Part shown: positions 59,476-64,000 of the stretch, one piece after another
Layout: each line of letters opens with the position of its first letter
Numbering within the stretch: the first letter of the stretch is position 1
From: Eledone cirrhosa
Taxonomy: Eukaryota
NCBI GenBank assembly: GCA_964016885.1
Contig: OZ024757.1
Location: 38,626,001 to 38,690,000 of the forward strand
DNA length: 64,000 bases
Direction of reading: 5' to 3'
Program-made: the position numbers and the translations under genes
The notes under the pieces: model-generated
The model's input: only the letters and a program-made list of their open reading frames with translations
Told to the model about the DNA's origin: nothing
Database searches by the model: none

Positions 59476-59511
59476 TATAATAATAATGTAATCTGAGTTT
59501 TCCGAATATTA

Positions 59512-59771
59512 ATAATTGTTTCTACTTTTGGCACAAGGCCATCAAATACCCAGTACATTACTGGTACTTTATTTTATCGACCTCGTAAGGATGAAGGGCA
59601 AAGTAAAGCTCGGCGGGATTTGAACTCAGACCGCAAAGGGACGTAACTATGCTGGAAAGCATGGCGTCCGACCCTCTACCGATACGGCCAATCCACCGCC
59701 CTTTTCGAATATTAATAATTGTTTCTACTTTAGGCACAAGGCCAGCAAATTACCCAGTGCATTACTGGTAC
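59512..59771 (-). mobile_element. SINE family A, full copy plus adjacent 3' fragment
   Basis: 59512-59701 is full length; 59716-59771 is tail only. CGAATATTAATAATTGTTTCTAC is duplicated. Confidence 0.85.
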
Positions 59772-59936
59772 AACATTGGATTCGTTTGCCCAACACAAGA
59801 ACAAGAATGAAAGGTTCATTCTACTGACATGGCTTTAAAAATGAGGCCTGTTTACATAACTGCAAACGAATCGAATGTTTTATTAATATTCGAAAAACGT
59901 TTATTGTATTCAACCATGTAGACCGAAAAAATTTAA

Positions 59937-60013
<77 letters not shown>

Positions 60014-60772
60014 ACGATTTGATCCTGATTTCGAGACCATAACCATTATGTCACGCACATTCACTAAGATCTGTAGATACATGCATACTTACAAACTTAA
60101 ACACATGAACATATATGAAATCAATACTATAACTAATACATATCTATAACAATCAGTAACATCTCAGTGTGCTCTCACCGTGTGTTTCCCAACAATTCCA
60201 TTGAAATCATTCGTGAGTAGCTTGAGATATATATGTCTAATTAACGAGTCTTTCTTTCAGTGGTCTTGTGAAGGTCATGTTCTCTTACGTAGTTTACACA
60301 ATGACGCTGTAACATATATCAATGCTATATCTAAAACATTTCAATTATCTTAGGTAACGTTGCAATAGTATCCGAGAAAATTTATATGTTTTCTAATTGA
60401 CACTGTTTTCTCTTATTAAACTAATTTGAAATATGTGGAAACCTGGTATGAATATGTCACGCTAGGGTTAGCCTTATATATGAGTTCTTGGAATAGATAT
60501 CGCAAATGAATCTTATAGAAAATATTTTATACTAATGTTGTGAAAATTCATCATTGAGGATAAACATATATTTTGTATTTTACCTCGGTATAACCTGTTC
60601 GATAATTGGGTTGAAATAAAATTGGAACTATTAATATTTTTTCATATGTCCGTGATCTACAAGCTCTGATAATTTATTAACCCCTGATATTTGTTGAGAT
60701 AATACGATCTCGAAATATATTACTGATATATATATATGTGAGAAAAACCCCAGACCCTCCACCTAAACTCTA

Positions 60773-60808
60773 CTTTTGAAAAGCAGAAGAACTGCGAAAC
60801 CGGTAAAG
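60773..60808 (+). ncRNA. Degenerate minimal hammerhead motif
   Basis: CTT TTGAAAA GCAG-AAGAA-CTGC GAAA CCGG T A AAG, followed by AATAAA. Two substitutions in the core. Confidence 0.5.
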
Positions 60809-60979
60809 GAACCAAATAAATGTATATATTTTAAAAAAAAATAAGACTCCAGTTGCATTTTCGATTTCATCTTTTTTTCTTCACACTTTCACTCGTGTAG
60901 GACACCTCGGTTAGTTTTCATTTTGTAAAAGAACCTCACTTTCTAATATATAGAAATATATATTTATATATAAATATAT

Positions 60980-61092
60980 ATAAATATATAATGTGCGTGT
61001 ATATATATATCAATATATATATATATATATATATATAATGTACGTGTATGTATATCAATCTCTATAAATATATAATGTGCGTGTATATATAT

Positions 61093-61131
<39 letters not shown>

Positions 61132-61184
61132 GTACGTGTATGTATATCAATCTCTATAAATATATAATGTGCGTGTATATATAT

Positions 61185-61241
<57 letters not shown>

Positions 61242-61282
61242 GTACGTGTATGTATATCAATCTCTATAAATATATAATGTGC

Positions 61283-61334
<52 letters not shown>
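60980..61334. repeat. Composite minisatellite, about 3.5 units of 85-110 bp
   Basis: Unit TATAATGTGCGTG..CAA(TA)nATGTACGTGTATGTATATCAATCTCTATAAA. Confidence 0.9.
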
Positions 61335-61338
<4 letters not shown>

Positions 61339-62058
61339 GTATAGTCAAATACACCTTACAACATTTCTCATGAAAAAAAAAATGAGAGCTAGTATTTTAC
61401 TAAATAATATACCTAAAAATATATATAGAGAAACAAATATATTTTGGTGTCCATGTTATTCTAGAAATATCGTTGCCAGCTGTTTTACCTCGTGATATAT
61501 TTTGTTGCTTCATATGTCCTGCAGGATCTCATATAAAATAGAATTTTCAAAATAGCTTATTTTCTTTTCAATAAATAGTCTTTTAATTTTTTTCTTTTCA
61601 CTCATAATTCGCAATTTTTCATAAATTTTGCATTACCTGCTTCTTTGTGTTAAGAAATTTGATATGATTAGTTACTTTTTAGAACACTATTCCCATGGAC
61701 CTGATTTCCTATATATATTTTCCCACCCAAATAGTAATACATGAAACATTGACATTGTGTGAATTTGTGAATGTCACGAGGTTTGCAAAATACTTCTTAT
61801 TTCTGCCTCACACATATTACTAAAAATAATTTGTGTCTGAGAAAGATGTATAAAAGTGTAATTATCTCCCTTATTTTTGCCGTCTTATTTTAAAAAAATA
61901 TATCTATATAAACTGACACGCCGGTGAGAATGTGAATCTCCTACACACTTACACACACACACAGAGATATAGCAACTCTACATCTCCCCATACATAGAGT
62001 ACAACCATGATTAGTGGTTTCCTCTGTCTCAACACCGCCGATTCTCTCTCTTTCTCTC

Positions 62059-62091
<33 letters not shown>

Positions 62092-62243
62092 GATTATCTT
62101 GGCCATGATATTATGAGCCGCCGGGTATCGAGCTCTGTCTTACGATCGTAGACAAACACACAAAACCGCAAAGCTTTCACACACACATTCGCGTTTTTAT
62201 TTATATACACATGAAATACATACATACATACATACATACATAC

Positions 62244-62376
62244 AGAAGTGGTTACACAACAGTTAGTTCACCATACCAAGAACAATTATTCTGTTGTGTA
62301 ACCACTTCTACCTAACTCGTCCCCTGGACTGAATGCTCTACCACTACGGATATTACCTTCCAGTATTCTACCACTA
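62244..62376 (+). mobile_element. Family P3 copy with inverted 5' segment
   Basis: 62244-62287 is the reverse complement of 14878-14921; 62291-62376 is direct. 19-bp inverted repeat. Confidence 0.7.
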
Positions 62377-62395
62377 CATATATATATATATATAT

Positions 62396-62636
62396 ATATT
62401 TATTAAAATAACAGATTAAAGTTTAAGCAAAGAATCGCTGCTTTCACCCTTAACGGGATCTTCTGAAAGTTCAGAAGTTTCAGAAGATTCCGTTAAGAGT
62501 GAAAGCAGTGATTCTTTGCTTAAACTTTAATCTGTTATTTTAATAAATATTTGCTCTATGATTCTTATATATTTGATATATATTGATCCTTATCGAGCCC
62601 TCTTTGGATTTTAGTCTTCAAATTTGTTATTATTAC
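62396..62636 (+). mobile_element. Fold-back insert with 73-bp inverted repeat containing a hammerhead-like fold
   Basis: Arms 62396-62468 and 62478-62550 with 3 mismatches. Right side reads AGTTT CAGAAGA TTC-CGTTAA-GAG T GAAA GCA..TGC T T AAACT, then AATAAA. Confidence 0.7.
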
Positions 62637-62644
62637 TATATATA

Positions 62645-63036
62645 TCTTTATATATATGAAAGCGAGGATCTTTGTGTCTGTGTACAACTTTGGTTACCTA
62701 AGGCTTTTACAATTACCAAACAAATTTGACCAAATGTTCTGTGCACGTTGCAAAGGTCGCTAAGATGGTCACATCACAAACATTTTTCCAATCGACCCAC
62801 GTTGAGCAATAACAAATCAATATCAAAATTATCGGTAGCAAAATTGATGTAAGGGAGATAACCAACTTTATTGACAATCCTTATAAAAAAGGGAGATAAC
62901 CAACTTTAATGACAATCCTTATAAAGAGACCGCTTATTTTGACATGTTGGGGACAAATAATGCTCTTCTTTTACTTCCTAGCTGTATATTCAGAGCATAA
63001 TATCAAACCCCGAGCAACGCCGGGTAAATCTGCTAG
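62645..63036 (+). mobile_element. Complete non-autonomous Helitron (392 bp)
   Basis: A|TC 5' end, subterminal hairpin CCCGAGCAACGCCGGG, CTAG|T 3' end, internal 38-bp tandem duplication at 62851-62925. Confidence 0.8.
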
Positions 63037-63134
63037 TATATATATACATATATATGTGTGTGTGTGTGTGCGTGTGTTTTATATACACACACACACTCAC
63101 ACCTCATTTCAACTCCATATTTCATTTTCCTTGT

Positions 63135-63665
63135 TCTCGCTCTCTCTCTGTGTCTGTTAATTTCTCTCACATTTCTTTCTCTCTCCTCCACTCTTTCTCT
63201 CAGCCTCTTTTCCTCTCTCTCACCCTGTCTCTCTCCTCACTCACACACACACATATGCATACATACGTACATACACACACATATATATATCAAACCCTGC
63301 CTTTCTCTCTCTCACCCTATCTCTCTTCATCTCTCTCTGTTGCTCTCACATTTTCTTCCTTTCTCCTCGCTCTCTTCCTCTCTCCCCCCCCCTCCCTCTC
63401 TCTCTCCATCCCTCCCTCCTTCTCTCCTCTCTCTCTCTCCCTCTCATTATACCGCTCTCCCCCTCTCTCTCTCTCCATCTATTCTATATTTTTTCCATTA
63501 TATTACATCACCAAATTACACAGTAAAATTCTAAGAGTTCTCTTTTCAATGTTTTATTCGTTAATTCCTTTCCCTTTACCTTTTCATTCTTTCATTCTTT
63601 TTTCTTTCTTCCTTCCCTCCTTTCTTCCTTCCATCCTTTCTCTTATCATTTCTTTCTTTCCAATT
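63135..63665. repeat. Low-complexity CT-rich tract
   Basis: Direct inspection. Confidence 0.85.
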
Positions 63666-64000
63666 TCTTTACTATCACTATTTCCTCGTTGTTTGCCGCC
63701 TACTTCTATTAAGTTAGATTATTCAAAATTAGTCCTTATTCATTCCCATGGTAATCCTTGGCAAGAAACTAGTACAGTTTCTACCTGCAACATTAACAGA
63801 TTCGCATATCATAGCTTTATAACTTCTCTCTCTTACTAAATTATTTCTCTTCAGTACCTCTGTTTATTTTATATGTGAAATGTGTGTGTGTGTGTGTGTG
63901 AAACAGACATCCATCGCAATCATGAATGACTTCATAGTATGTACCACGACTTAGCAGAGGGTTTTTTTTATGGCCAATCAGCCGTGAGCAGACACACATG

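Noticed and set aside
63971-63980. GGCCAATCAG CCAAT box at the window end
   Set aside because: A single short motif with no visible gene; cannot be supported as a promoter from this window.

Overview
This is AT-rich animal non-coding DNA, most likely from an octopus (inferred from the SINE families and the extreme (TA)n/(TG)n/(TATG)n load). No intact protein-coding gene is recognisable. Nearly all supplied ORFs are microsatellite translations ([16 protein letters not shown]). What can be supported: many tRNA-derived SINEs of two superfamily types, decayed RTE and CR1 LINE 3' fragments, an internally deleted RTE derivative with a second 5' copy, one complete non-autonomous Helitron, and several composite minisatellites. 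The main unexplained signal is a dense set of short (100-300 bp) inserts sitting in (TA)n tracts. They carry type I hammerhead-ribozyme motifs (about 11 motifs, 5 with intact CUGANGA and GAAA boxes) and/or long fold-back palindromes whose turning point lies inside the hammerhead. I read these as several families of microsatellite-targeting Penelope-like/retrozyme remnants. All calls were made by eye, without searches or folding software.
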